Source: Pelagibacteraceae bacterium (GTDB lineage: Bacteria > Pseudomonadota > Alphaproteobacteria > HIMB59). Taken from it: a DNA stretch of 64,000 bases. The stretch is taken from NCBI GenBank assembly GCA_002705265.1, contig PAHR01000019.1, positions 1,438 to 65,437 on the forward strand, read 5' to 3'. The notes beneath the pieces were generated by a model, which did not search any database, was not told where the DNA came from, and was given only the letters and a program-made list of their open reading frames with translations. Below are positions 38,957 to 49,368 of the stretch, piece by piece; the stretch's first letter is position 1, and each line of letters starts with the position of its first letter. A program made the position numbers and the translations under genes.

Positions 38957-39788
38957 AAAAATTTCTTTTCAGGGTGTTGAGGGAGCATACAGCCACTTAG
39001 CTATTAAAGAGGTATTTGCTAATTCAAATTTTGTGCCTTGCAAAACATTTGCTCAGTCAATTGATTTAGTAGAAAAAGGTATCGCAGATCTTGCTATGAT
39101 ACCAATTGAAAATTCTGCAGCAGGGAGAGTAGCTGACATTCATAGATTACTTCCAAAATCAAACTTGCACATTATAGGTGAGCATTTCCAAAGAGTTGAA
39201 CATAAGATGCTAATTCATCCAGAAACTAATGCTTCAAAGATAAAAAAAATTATTAGTCATGAACAGGCTTTAGCTCAATGTAGTACTAAGATACAAGATA
39301 AAGGATTTGAAATACTTATTGGTGCTGACACAGCAGGATCCGCAAAAAATATTTCTGAAATGAAGATAATGGACACGGCAGCTATAGCATCCTCTCTAGC
39401 AGCAGAAATTTATTCTTTAAAAATTTTAGATGAAAATTTTTCAAACAATAAAAATAATATTACTAGATTTTTTATAATGGCCAATCAGCCAAATCATAAA
39501 TACGATGAAAGTAAAGACTATATTTCTTCCTATATTTTTTCTGTCAAAAACACACCCGGTTCTTTATTTAAAGTTATGGGGGGATTTGCAACTAATAGCG
39601 TAAATATGATTAAGCTAGAGAGTTATAATTATGGAGAACATTTTACGCTAACAGAATTTTATTGTGAAATAGAGGGGCATCCTGAACAAAATAATACTAA
39701 ATTGGCTTTAGATGACTTAAATCATTATTGCTCAAAGGTAAGAAACTTAGGTATTTTTGAAAAATCTCAGTATAGATCCAAACAATAA
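38949..39788 (+). CDS. pheA: prephenate dehydratase
   Basis: FQG..GAYS, PIENS, SHEQAL.QC, NITRF, C-terminal ACT domain. Confidence 0.93.
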   Translation: MNKKISFQGVEGAYSHLAIKEVFANSNFVPCKTFAQSIDLVEKGIADLAMIPIENSAAGRVADIHRLLPKSNLHIIGEHFQRVEHKMLIHPETNASKIKKIISHEQALAQCSTKIQDKGFEILIGADTAGSAKNISEMKIMDTAAIASSLAAEIYSLKILDENFSNNKNNITRFFIMANQPNHKYDESKDYISSYIFSVKNTPGSLFKVMGGFATNSVNMIKLESYNYGEHFTLTEFYCEIEGHPEQNNTKLALDDLNHYCSKVRNLGIFEKSQYRSKQ

Positions 39789-39825
39789 TTTTTAATTATT
39801 TTTAAGAACTGTTATAAAGTATATT

Positions 39826-39914
39826 GAGAATTACATGGGCAGATTTTTTTTGCCAATCCGGTCAGATTCGAAAGAAAGCAGCCGTAACATAAAGATTTGG
39901 GTCATGTAATTCTC
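39826..39914 (+). ncRNA. ffs: signal recognition particle 4.5S RNA
   Basis: Long hairpin GAGAATTACATG/CATGTAATTCTC with domain IV GTCAGA-TTC-GAAA-GAA-AGCAGC, directly upstream of dnaX. Confidence 0.9.
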
Positions 39915-39930
39915 CTAAATTATTATTAAA

Positions 39931-41535
39931 ATGAATAAAACAAATTTAAAAGTACTTGCGCTTAAATATCGACCCAAGGATTTTAGCGATTTAATAGGGC
40001 AAGAATATCTAGTTAGTACAATAAAAAAATCTATGGAATTAGAACAGTTACCTAACGCCTATATTTTTACTGGTATTAGAGGCGTTGGAAAAACTACAAC
40101 AGCCAGAATAGTTGCCAAGATGTTGAACTGTACAGTTTTTGATAAAAATAAAGATCCTATTTTGGCAGAGTGTGATCAAGCAAAAGCCATATCTGAAGAC
40201 AGACATCCTGATGTATTAGAAATCGATGCAGCATCTAATACAAGCGTAGATAATGCAAGAGAAATTATAGAAAATATAAAATACAGCCCAGTCATGGGAA
40301 AATACAAAGTATATATTGTTGATGAGGTACATATGCTTTCGAAAAGCGCATTTAATGCTCTTTTAAAAACATTAGAAGAGCCCCCGTTACATTCAAAATT
40401 TATTTTTGCTACAACTGAAATTTCTAAAGTTCCAATTACAATTTTATCTAGATGCCAAAGATTTGATCTTAGGAGAGTTGGCAAAGAAACAATGTTATTA
40501 TTTTTAAAAAAAATAATAAAATTAGAAAAGATTAATATTAGTGAAAAAGCATTACATATGATAATTAAAGCTGGGGATGGATCAGTTCGTGATAATTTAA
40601 GCATTCTTGATCAAGCTAACATTTTTAAAAATACTGAAACTATTGAAGAAGGAGATATCGTAAAAATGCTCGGTTTTTCTAGAATAACGGATCTTTATCA
40701 AATTATATTACTGGTTATAAAAAATAATCAAGAAAAACTTCTTGTGATTTTACAAGATATGTATGAAAGAGGAGCTGAAACAAATAAGGTTATAGAAGGA
40801 TTAATGGAAGTTACAAATTGGTCCTTAAAATTAAAAATCAACCCTTCTTTATTAAATGATAAATTTTTAACAGTTGAAGACAAATCTTTTGCTGAAAGTT
40901 TATCTGAAGCAGATCAAGGACAATTAAATATTTTGTGGCAAAGTCTAATAAAAGGATACGATGAATTAAAAATTTCTCCAAATCCACATATTACTTTAGA
41001 AATGATATTATTAAGATGCTGTTTTCTATTAAATAAAAATTTCAATAAAGCAGAAAACGAAAAAAAAAAATCTAAAAATTTTTCAAATCAGGACATAAAA
41101 GAAAATGATTTAAGTGAATACAATATTTCAAAAAATAATAATAAGTATTCATCATTAGATGATAAAATAAAATTACATGAAAATTTTTTTCAATATTATG
41201 GCAACCAATTTTCTCCCTTAATGGCAAGTCTTATTTTAGAAAATTGTGAAATTGTTGATTTTAATGAAAATCAAAAAATACTCAAAATAGTTGTAACTGA
41301 CAAAAATTTTGAAGGACTGATAGAACTAAAGCAAAATTTAAAAAACTCATTTACTATAGAAATAGAAGAATCTGAAAAGGTGACCTTAATAAAACAACTT
41401 AAAACTATGCGTAAAGACGTGTTAATAAAGAAAGAAATGGAATCAGAGGATTTTAAAAAAGTTCTTGATAAATTTCCTAATGCAAAGATATTAGATATAC
41501 AAGAACTAGAGGGAGCAAAACAAAATGATGGGTAA
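39931..41535 (+). CDS. dnaX: DNA polymerase III subunit gamma/tau
   Basis: LALKYRP, GVGKTT, DEVHML, SRCQRF. Confidence 0.96.
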   Translation: MNKTNLKVLALKYRPKDFSDLIGQEYLVSTIKKSMELEQLPNAYIFTGIRGVGKTTTARIVAKMLNCTVFDKNKDPILAECDQAKAISEDRHPDVLEIDAASNTSVDNAREIIENIKYSPVMGKYKVYIVDEVHMLSKSAFNALLKTLEEPPLHSKFIFATTEISKVPITILSRCQRFDLRRVGKETMLLFLKKIIKLEKINISEKALHMIIKAGDGSVRDNLSILDQANIFKNTETIEEGDIVKMLGFSRITDLYQIILLVIKNNQEKLLVILQDMYERGAETNKVIEGLMEVTNWSLKLKINPSLLNDKFLTVEDKSFAESLSEADQGQLNILWQSLIKGYDELKISPNPHITLEMILLRCCFLLNKNFNKAENEKKKSKNFSNQDIKENDLSEYNISKNNNKYSSLDDKIKLHENFFQYYGNQFSPLMASLILENCEIVDFNENQKILKIVVTDKNFEGLIELKQNLKNSFTIEIEESEKVTLIKQLKTMRKDVLIKKEMESEDFKKVLDKFPNAKILDIQELEGAKQNDG

Positions 41536-41851
41536 TATGGGCAATATGATGAAAAAAGTCCAAGAAATGCAAAATAAAATGCAGGAACTACAAAAAGAAT
41601 TAGAAAATAAAACAATTGAAGCTAATTCAGGAGGCGGGATGGTTTCAATTATTATGAATGGCAAACACCAAGTTCAATCTATTAATATCGATCCTAGTCT
41701 ATTGAATGAAAATGAAAAAGATGTGCTAGAGGATCTTTTAAAGGCAGCTCTAAATCAGGCAAAAGAAAAAGTGGATGAAATGTCGGCAGAAGAAATGAAA
41801 AAAGTTACTGGCGGACTTCCACTTCCACCAGGTATGAAATTACCTTTTTGA
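41525..41851 (+). CDS. ybaB: YbaB/EbfC nucleoid-associated protein
   Basis: SGGGMV, LEDL..AA.N.A, between dnaX and recR. Confidence 0.93.
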   Translation: MMGNMGNMMKKVQEMQNKMQELQKELENKTIEANSGGGMVSIIMNGKHQVQSINIDPSLLNENEKDVLEDLLKAALNQAKEKVDEMSAEEMKKVTGGLPLPPGMKLPF

Positions 41852-41852
41852 T

Positions 41853-42446
41853 TTGGCTCAAGACGAATTACAAAAACTAATTAATCTTATTGCTAGATTG
41901 CCAGGATTAGGTCAAAAATCTGCACAAAGGATTGCATTATATTTAATTAAAAATAGAAGTGACTTAATGAATCCTATTGCTGAAAGCATAAAACTTACCT
42001 CTTCCCAAATAAAAAAATGTGATTTATGCGGAATACTCGATACTAAATTACCATGTAAGATTTGTTCGAGTAGCTCTCGTGACCCAAGTATAATATGCAT
42101 TGTAGAAGATATGGCTGATGTGTGGGCTTTTGAAAGATCTGGTTTTTTTAAAGGTCGTTACCATGTCTTAGGGGGTTTGTTATCTGCTGCTAAAGGTTTT
42201 AGTGAGAAGGATTTAAACTTAAAAAAAATTAATGATCGATTACAAAATAATAAAATTAAGGAAATCGTTTTAGCTTTAAGTGCTACCATAGAAGGACAGA
42301 CAACAGCTTTAGTAATAAAAGATTTTTTTGATTCCGATAAAGTTAAAATAACCCAGCTTGCCTATGGGGTTCCGGTTGGAAGTGAAATTCATTATTTAGA
42401 TGACAATACTTTAGGGGCTGCATTAGAATCAAGAAAAAATCTTTAA
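41853..42446 (+). CDS. recR: recombination protein RecR
   Basis: LPGLG.KSAQR, C4 zinc finger, YHVLGG, Toprim domain. Confidence 0.95.
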   Translation: MAQDELQKLINLIARLPGLGQKSAQRIALYLIKNRSDLMNPIAESIKLTSSQIKKCDLCGILDTKLPCKICSSSSRDPSIICIVEDMADVWAFERSGFFKGRYHVLGGLLSAAKGFSEKDLNLKKINDRLQNNKIKEIVLALSATIEGQTTALVIKDFFDSDKVKITQLAYGVPVGSEIHYLDDNTLGAALESRKNL

Positions 42447-42862
42447 TTTATTTTTTCCAAAATTTTATTATCAAAATTACATGTCTTTTTAGTTATCAAA
42501 TCTACATTAAGATTTAATATATTATATTCCGCAATTATTTTATTATTTGAGTCTTTCATTACTAAATCAATAGTTAATTTTTTTCCATAAATTTTGATAT
42601 CATTTAAAGTAATTGAAAAAGTTTCATTTAATTTTATCTCATTTCTGTAGTTTATATTGCACTTAATTACAAATACCCCTTTTTTCTCCTCAGTTGAATA
42701 AAGATAACCAATCTTTAGCATTTCTAGGATATAGTCTGAAGATTCCTCAAAACACTGTATATAGTAAGCCATATTCATATGATTGTTATAATCAATCCAT
42801 TCTTCAATAACCTTACCCTCAGATACTAAAGTTGGAGTTTTAAGGGGTAATCGAGAAGTCAA
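42443..42862 (-). CDS. acyl-CoA thioesterase (hot-dog fold); TTG at 42862 preferred as start
   Basis: EWIDYNNHMNMAYY motif; the longer ORF overlaps def. Confidence 0.75.
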   Translation of the reverse strand: MTSRLPLKTPTLVSEGKVIEEWIDYNNHMNMAYYIQCFEESSDYILEMLKIGYLYSTEEKKGVFVIKCNINYRNEIKLNETFSITLNDIKIYGKKLTIDLVMKDSNNKIIAEYNILNLNVDLITKKTCNFDNKILEKIN

Positions 42863-42938
42863 TTTACAATCAAGATTATTAAAAATGTTTGCTTTAATAC
42901 TTCCCACCTTATAAGAATTTAACATATTATATAAATAA

Positions 42939-43454
42939 ATGCTTAAAATAGTTTTAGCACCTGATCCAATTCTTAAAAACGTCTGCGAGCCATTAGAGCA
43001 AGTAGACCCCCAACATAAATTATTAATTAAAGACATGTTTCAAGCAATGTATGAAGCTAATGGGGTCGGCTTGGCTGCACCACAGGTTGGTATTAACAAA
43101 AGAATTTTTGTGATTGACCCTCAAGCTCGGGAAGAAATTCAAACTCCTATGGCAATGATAAATCCTAAAATTATAAAAATTTCTAATACTTTAACAACCT
43201 TTGAAGAAGGATGTCTTTCTTTCCCAAATCATTATGCCGAATTAGAAAGGCCTGAAGAAATTACAGTAGAGTTTCTTGATGAGAATAATAAAAAGCAAAT
43301 ATTAGTAACTAAAGATTTTACATCAAGGGTAATACAACATGAGCTAGATCATTTAAATGGAATATTATTTGTAGATCATCTTAGTAGATTAAAGAGAGAT
43401 GTAATAATTAGAAAAATGAAAAAATATAAAAAAGAAATAAAACAAAATGAATAA
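42939..43454 (+). CDS. def: peptide deformylase
   Basis: GVGLAAPQ, EGCLS, QHELDH. Confidence 0.97.
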   Translation: MLKIVLAPDPILKNVCEPLEQVDPQHKLLIKDMFQAMYEANGVGLAAPQVGINKRIFVIDPQAREEIQTPMAMINPKIIKISNTLTTFEEGCLSFPNHYAELERPEEITVEFLDENNKKQILVTKDFTSRVIQHELDHLNGILFVDHLSRLKRDVIIRKMKKYKKEIKQNE

Positions 43455-44379
43455 AAAAAAAAGAATCATTTTTTTTGGCACACCTGAATTTAGCTTAGCT
43501 CCACTTAAGACATTATATTTGGGAGGATATCAGATTGTAGGTATTTACACTCAGGAACCGAAAAAAAAATCGAGAGGTTTAAAAATAAAAAAAACACCTG
43601 TTCATGAATGGGCAGAATCACAATTACTTCCTGTTTTTTATCCAGATAAGTTAAATAGTAAAAATTTAAAATTATTTAAAGAATTAAGACCGGATATAGC
43701 TATTCTCTTTGCATATGGAAAAATTATTCCTCAAAGTTGGCTAGATATTCCATTATTTGGATTCATTAATATTCATGCTTCATTATTACCTAAATGGCGG
43801 GGTGCAGCTCCTATCCAAAGAGCAATTGAAAACAATGACAAAAAAACCGGAATTACTATCATGAAAATGAACGACAAACTTGATGAGGGGCCTATTTTAA
43901 ACAGCAAAGAGTTAAAAATTAATTCACTAACCAATGGCAAAAATCTTACAGAACTTATTAGTCAAGATTCTTGTTCGGTTTTATTTAATACTTTAGATAA
44001 TTATTTAAAAGGTAATTTAATTCCTTTGGAACAGGATTCTTCTAATTCTTCTTATGCCCATAAGATTGATAAAAATGAATGTGAAATAAATTGGCATGAG
44101 GATAGTCTTACAATAGAAAGAAAAATTAGAGCTTTTTATCCTCGTCCTACAATGTGGTTCAGGTTTCAAGGCAAGAGGTTCAAGGTATTAAGCGCTCATA
44201 CATTAGATATAAATGGGGATCCAGGTTTAATTTTAGATAGTAAAAAATTAACTATTGCTTGTGGAAAAGGTAGTATTTGTATTAATGAAATTCAGGCAGA
44301 AGGTAAAAATCCTATGAAATCCGAGGCATTTATTTTAGGAAATAATAATTTTTTATCTGGAACTAACTTAATTGCCTAA
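43447..44379 (+). CDS. fmt: methionyl-tRNA formyltransferase
   Basis: FFGTPEF, NIHASLLPKWRGAAPIQR. Confidence 0.96.
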   Translation: MNKKKRIIFFGTPEFSLAPLKTLYLGGYQIVGIYTQEPKKKSRGLKIKKTPVHEWAESQLLPVFYPDKLNSKNLKLFKELRPDIAILFAYGKIIPQSWLDIPLFGFINIHASLLPKWRGAAPIQRAIENNDKKTGITIMKMNDKLDEGPILNSKELKINSLTNGKNLTELISQDSCSVLFNTLDNYLKGNLIPLEQDSSNSSYAHKIDKNECEINWHEDSLTIERKIRAFYPRPTMWFRFQGKRFKVLSAHTLDINGDPGLILDSKKLTIACGKGSICINEIQAEGKNPMKSEAFILGNNNFLSGTNLIA

Positions 44380-45109
44380 TTTAAAAATAACTATTGAATA
44401 CGATGGGTCTAATTATAGTGGCTGGCAATACCAATTAAATGCGAATTCTATACAGCAAGAAATAGAAAAAGCAATTTTTGATTTTTCTGGAGAGAAAGTA
44501 AATATTTTTGGTGCAGGGAGGACTGATGCAGGAGTACATGCGCTTGGTCAAATAGCAAATTTTAAGCTTGAAAATAAAAGAGACACCTACCAAATTCTTC
44601 ATGGAATTAATTTTCATTTAGCAAATGATAATATAAAAATTGTAAATGTGGAAATAGCTCCTGAAAAATTTCATTCAAGATATGATGCTCAAAAAAAAAC
44701 CTATTTATATAGAATTTATAACAGAGAAGTTCCTTCTGCTATTGAGCATAAATATTCACTGCATATAAACAAAAATCTTAATATCTCTTTAATGGAAAAA
44801 GCAGCTGAATCATTGATAGGAAGCTATGACTTCTCTAGTTTTAGAGCTCATGGCTGTCAGGCAAAATCTCCAGTAAAAACACTAGAAAGACTAGAGTTTT
44901 TTAAAAATAAAGAAATTATTAGTATTGAATTTGAGGCAAAATCTTTTCTATATCAGCAAATTAGGATTATGGTAGGCTCTTTAATAGAGGTTGGTCTTAG
45001 TAGGAAAAATACTGAATGGATAAAAGAGGTTCTAGAAAAAAAAGATAGAAAATTATCTGGTCAAACCGCTTTACCAAAAGGATTATTTTTAAAGGAAATA
45101 AAATATTGA
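44372..45109 (+). CDS. truA: tRNA pseudouridine(38-40) synthase
   Basis: YDG..Y.GWQ, GRTDAGVHA, FLYQQIRIMVG. Confidence 0.95.
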   Translation: MPNLKITIEYDGSNYSGWQYQLNANSIQQEIEKAIFDFSGEKVNIFGAGRTDAGVHALGQIANFKLENKRDTYQILHGINFHLANDNIKIVNVEIAPEKFHSRYDAQKKTYLYRIYNREVPSAIEHKYSLHINKNLNISLMEKAAESLIGSYDFSSFRAHGCQAKSPVKTLERLEFFKNKEIISIEFEAKSFLYQQIRIMVGSLIEVGLSRKNTEWIKEVLEKKDRKLSGQTALPKGLFLKEIKY

Positions 45110-46152
45110 AAATATTAATTGCAACTCAGTGCTTTCCTCCTGATTTTGGGGGAATAGAGCATGTAATGGGTAATATAGCTATAAATGCATTTAAACTAAA
45201 TCATCAAGTAACAGTTATTTGTGATCAAAGTAAAAATCCTTCTCAAAATTTTGACGAAGAAAATAAATTTTCAATCAAACGATTTGGGCAAATTAAGTAT
45301 TTTAGAAGACTTAAGAAAGCAAATTACATAAATGATTTAATTTCAAATGAAAATTACGATTGCATTTTTTTTGATAGCTGGAAATCCTCTGAGCTTATTT
45401 CATCAAACAATCAAGCTAATAAATTTATTTGTCTAGTTCATGGAAATGAGATTTTAAAACATAAAAACCAAAAACGAATTATAGAAAGCATTTCAAAAGC
45501 AAACACTATAGTATTTAATTCAAAAGCTACTCAGTCTTTATTTTTAAAGAAGTTTGTTACTTTTAAAATAAATAAATCTAAAATAATTTATCCAGCTTTT
45601 ATTCAAAAAATTGAACAAACAATTAATGAAAAAAAAATGTATGATTTTTGTACTATATCAAGACTCGATAGAAGAAAAGGACATTACCAAGTATTAGAAG
45701 CATTAAAGAAATTAAAAGATAACAATAATATATTAGCATCTTATGCGATTTTAGGATCTGGAGATGAGATTGGCATACTTAAATCCATGGTTCAAAAATT
45801 ATCTTTACAGAATCAAGTATTTTTTTTATCAGAAAATAGTAATCCAGATGAAGTTCTCAATAAATCTAAAATTCATTTATTGCCAACTTTTTTAGATGGA
45901 AATAGCATTGAGGGATTTGGTATTTCAAATGTAGAAGCTGCTTCAAAAGGCGTCCCTTGCATTGTTTCTGATAGTGGTGGAACACCTGAGTCTATAATTC
46001 CAAATCAAACAGGACTTGTTGTACAGCAAAAAAATTTAAATGCCCTATATTTAGCTATGAAAAATCTTTTAATGAATAAAGAACTATATAGAGAATTTAG
46101 TTCAAATTCTCTTTCATTTGCAAAAAATTTTTTAAAAGAAAAAAAATATTAG
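45106..46152 (+). CDS. GT4 glycosyltransferase
   Basis: FPPDFGGIE, RL..RKG, EGFGI..VEA (EX7E). Confidence 0.88.
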   Translation: MKILIATQCFPPDFGGIEHVMGNIAINAFKLNHQVTVICDQSKNPSQNFDEENKFSIKRFGQIKYFRRLKKANYINDLISNENYDCIFFDSWKSSELISSNNQANKFICLVHGNEILKHKNQKRIIESISKANTIVFNSKATQSLFLKKFVTFKINKSKIIYPAFIQKIEQTINEKKMYDFCTISRLDRRKGHYQVLEALKKLKDNNNILASYAILGSGDEIGILKSMVQKLSLQNQVFFLSENSNPDEVLNKSKIHLLPTFLDGNSIEGFGISNVEAASKGVPCIVSDSGGTPESIIPNQTGLVVQQKNLNALYLAMKNLLMNKELYREFSSNSLSFAKNFLKEKKY

Positions 46153-46157
46153 AATAT

Positions 46158-46634
46158 TTAGATAATTTTTAATATTTCATCATAACTAGTTTTAAACATA
46201 CCGGTCTTATCAATTATAATATTTTCTAGTATTAAATTATCTATAATTAAAATACTTCTTGAAAGTCTAATCCCCATTAAATTATGATTAAAAGGTTTTA
46301 ATAAACCAGTTTTTATTCCAAAATCTGAGTTACCATCTGATAAAAAAATAATATTATCTGCCTTTAAAGAAATATTCCATTGTTGCATTACATAAGGATC
46401 ATTAACGCTGATACAAAAAATTTCATCTATTCTTTTTGTTTTTTTGATTAAATTAGCATTGTCAATGAAAGGAGGCATATGTTTATTATGGCAAGTGGAA
46501 GTATATGCTCCAGGCACACATACTAACAAAATTCTTTTATTTTTAAAATTCTTATGTAAATCGAAATCAGAGATAAAATCTTTAGAGGCACTCTTTAGGG
46601 CCAAATTTGGAATTGTATCTCCAGTTTTTATCAA
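46158..46634 (-). CDS. peroxiredoxin (Prx5-like)
   Basis: VPGAYTSTC...H, SVNDPYVM..W, SDGN. Confidence 0.88.
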   Translation of the reverse strand: MIKTGDTIPNLALKSASKDFISDFDLHKNFKNKRILLVCVPGAYTSTCHNKHMPPFIDNANLIKKTKRIDEIFCISVNDPYVMQQWNISLKADNIIFLSDGNSDFGIKTGLLKPFNHNLMGIRLSRSILIIDNLILENIIIDKTGMFKTSYDEILKII

Positions 46635-47800
46635 CTAAAAAAATTTTCTAAAGTTTTAAAATAAATTTTTTCTGTAGTTTTTAAATCTTCAACTGAAACA
46701 CACTCATCAACTTTATGGAGTGTTTTATTTATAGTGCCAAATTCAAAGACAGGGCAAATTCTTTGTATAAATCTTGCATCGGAAGTTCCTCCACCAGTAT
46801 CTTGCTTTGTGTCGATCCCGGTAACTTCCTTAATGGCCTTTACGCAGTCCTTTGTAAATTCATTATTAAAACTGTGAAATGGTTGACCTCTAAAAATCAA
46901 ATCCAAATTATATTCAAATCCATTTTCTTTGCATATTTTAGATACACTATTATTAATATATTCTTTAATTTTTTTTGAGTCCCATAAATCGTTAAACCTC
47001 ATGTCAGCAACGATTTTTAATTTTTCAGGAATTACATTCTTCGCTTTATTATTTAGATTGAGTTGAGTAAATTGAATACTAGAATTTTCATAGTATTCAG
47101 TTCCACTATCTAATACTTCACTGTCAAAAAAGCTTATTATTTTTGAAGCTCCATGAACTGGGTTTTTTGCGAGTTGAGGATAAGCCGCGTGACCTTGCTT
47201 ACCAATCACTTCGATATGGATGTCGACCGCTCCTTTACGACCAACTTTTATTTGATCTCCCAGTACCTTTTCAGATGATGATTCTGTAGCAATTGAGCCA
47301 TCTATTCTAATTCCTTGTGCGGATATCCATTGAACTACTTTGTCAACCCCATTAATTGAGTCAGCTTCTTCATCGCCAGTAATAATAAAACTTATAGTTC
47401 CATTAAAATTAGGATTATTATCAATAAATTTAAATGTGCTTATAATGCTTGCAGCAGTGCATCCCTTCATATCTTCAGATCCTCTCCCATATAAATAGCC
47501 ATCTTTTACAATAGGATTAAAGGGATTTTCAGTCCAGTCTTCTAAGTTACCTGGAGGAACAACATCTACATGACAAGCAAAATTAAAGTGCTTTGCATTA
47601 GAGCCAGCTTTATTGAGACCGAAAGTGGCAAATAAATTTATGACCTCATAGCTACCATCCCCATCAAAGTTAAGTTGTTTTGTTTCAAAACCTTTTTCTT
47701 TAAAAATTTTTATAAGAAAATCAAAAATATCTTGCTTAGCAGGTGTTACAGATTCGAAGGAAATAAGTTTTTTTGCTAGTTCAATTGTATCTTGCATCAA
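46631..47800 (-). CDS. dapE: succinyl-diaminopimelate desuccinylase
   Basis: [32 protein letters not shown]. Confidence 0.93.
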   Translation of the reverse strand: MMQDTIELAKKLISFESVTPAKQDIFDFLIKIFKEKGFETKQLNFDGDGSYEVINLFATFGLNKAGSNAKHFNFACHVDVVPPGNLEDWTENPFNPIVKDGYLYGRGSEDMKGCTAASIISTFKFIDNNPNFNGTISFIITGDEEADSINGVDKVVQWISAQGIRIDGSIATESSSEKVLGDQIKVGRKGAVDIHIEVIGKQGHAAYPQLAKNPVHGASKIISFFDSEVLDSGTEYYENSSIQFTQLNLNNKAKNVIPEKLKIVADMRFNDLWDSKKIKEYINNSVSKICKENGFEYNLDLIFRGQPFHSFNNEFTKDCVKAIKEVTGIDTKQDTGGGTSDARFIQRICPVFEFGTINKTLHKVDECVSVEDLKTTEKIYFKTLENFFS

Positions 47801-48627
47801 TCTCTTAAAAGATCATTTACTGAAGTTTTAGATCTAGTTCTTTCATCAACAGTCTTAACTATCACGGCACAATATAGAGAAACACTACCTTTAGAAGACG
47901 GTGTATTTCCAGGAACTACTACAGAGTAAGGAGGCACTTTACCCATATGGATTTCTCCAGTATCTCTATTAATAATTTTAGTTGAAGCACCTAAAAAAAC
48001 TCCCATAGACAAGACAGATCCTTCCCCTACAATTACTCCCTCAGCCACTTCTGACCTTGCCCCAATAAAACAATTATCTTCAATAATTACAGGATTGGCT
48101 TGAAGAGGTTCCAGGACACCGCCTATACCTGCCCCTCCAGAAATATGGCAATTTTTTCCAATTTGAGCACAAGAACCCACTGTTGACCAGGTATCAATCA
48201 TTGTACCTTCATCTACATAAGCCCCAAGATTAACAAAACACGGCATGAGCACCGCATTTTTAGAGATATAAGCAGATCTTCGTACAATGCAATTTGGCAC
48301 AGCTCTAAATCCTGATTTTTGAAAATTATCTTCATTCCAACCTTCAAATTTTGAAGGTACTTTATCCCACCAGTATGTATCCTGTTTTTCATAAGCGGGC
48401 CCACCTTTAATTAAACCCATACTTCTAGTTTTAAAACTTAATAAAATAGATTTTTTGATCCATTGATTTACTGACCATTCACCGTTAAATTTTTCAGCAA
48501 CCCTTATTTTGCCAGCATCTAATTCATTTAAGACATCTTCAACAGCACTTATAGCACTTTGGTCACTCAAAAAGTCTATATTGTCTTTTTGATCCCATAT
48601 TTTTTCAATGATTTCCTGATTACTCAT
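47797..48627 (-). CDS. dapD: tetrahydrodipicolinate N-succinyltransferase
   Basis: WWDKVP.KF, hexapeptide repeats, GGVLEPLQA. Confidence 0.96.
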   Translation of the reverse strand: MSNQEIIEKIWDQKDNIDFLSDQSAISAVEDVLNELDAGKIRVAEKFNGEWSVNQWIKKSILLSFKTRSMGLIKGGPAYEKQDTYWWDKVPSKFEGWNEDNFQKSGFRAVPNCIVRRSAYISKNAVLMPCFVNLGAYVDEGTMIDTWSTVGSCAQIGKNCHISGGAGIGGVLEPLQANPVIIEDNCFIGARSEVAEGVIVGEGSVLSMGVFLGASTKIINRDTGEIHMGKVPPYSVVVPGNTPSSKGSVSLYCAVIVKTVDERTRSKTSVNDLLRD

Positions 48628-48635
48628 TATTTTAA

Positions 48636-49319
48636 TTATTTTAAGGTATTTAAAAAATTTTCCAATTGATCAGTTGTATAATTTATGTATTTTTTTTCAT
48701 TCATTACTTTTTCAATATCACTTTGAGTTTTAATATCTCTATTTAAATTATATTCTAAGTTATTAGTAATCCAAACAGTTTTCCATCCTAATTCATAAGG
48801 GTATTTTAAATTTATATGGAGATCTTCAAACATGGCAGTCTCATTATTAGGTAGTTTAAATTTTTTTTGAAAATCTTCATATATATCTATATGAGGTTTA
48901 GGCACGTAATTGCTTTCAGATATATCAAAACAACCATCAAAAGCATCTGTCATTTTTAATTTGTCCAGGACTTTAACTACATGGCCATAGTTTGCATTAG
49001 TAAAAATATATTTTTTACCATCGAGGTTTTTTATGCTTTCTGATAAACTTTTGTTTGGAACAATAACATCATAATTTATTTGATGTACATAATCCAAATA
49101 TTCATCAGGATCAATATTATGTTCTGACATCAATCCTCGTAAAGTTGTACCATATTTGTGGTAATATTGAGTTCTAAGATCCTGAGCTTCTCCAGGTTGA
49201 AGGCCTAGTTTCTCTTCTATAAATTTACCCATTAAAATATGAACTTTATCAAATAAACCACATTCAGCTTTATATAGAGTATTATCTAGATCAAAAACCC
49301 AATTTTTAATATTTTTCAT
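48636..49319 (-). CDS. pyrimidine 5'-nucleotidase (HAD family)
   Basis: [23 protein letters not shown]. Confidence 0.88.
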   Translation of the reverse strand: MKNIKNWVFDLDNTLYKAECGLFDKVHILMGKFIEEKLGLQPGEAQDLRTQYYHKYGTTLRGLMSEHNIDPDEYLDYVHQINYDVIVPNKSLSESIKNLDGKKYIFTNANYGHVVKVLDKLKMTDAFDGCFDISESNYVPKPHIDIYEDFQKKFKLPNNETAMFEDLHINLKYPYELGWKTVWITNNLEYNLNRDIKTQSDIEKVMNEKKYINYTTDQLENFLNTLK

Positions 49320-49368
49320 TATGCGAATTTAAATTAGTTTGGATTATATAAAAAAGAAAGTAAATAAA

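Noticed and set aside
42863-43036. N-terminal extension of the thioesterase ORF
   Set aside because: Overlaps def on the opposite strand. The TTG at 42862 gives a normal-sized hot-dog domain.
49302-49329. dif-like site (AATTCGCATAA XerC-arm match on the minus strand; a similar match near 54811-54838)
   Set aside because: The XerD arm matches only about 7 of 11 bases, lacks TTATG, and lies in coding starts, so it is likely coincidental
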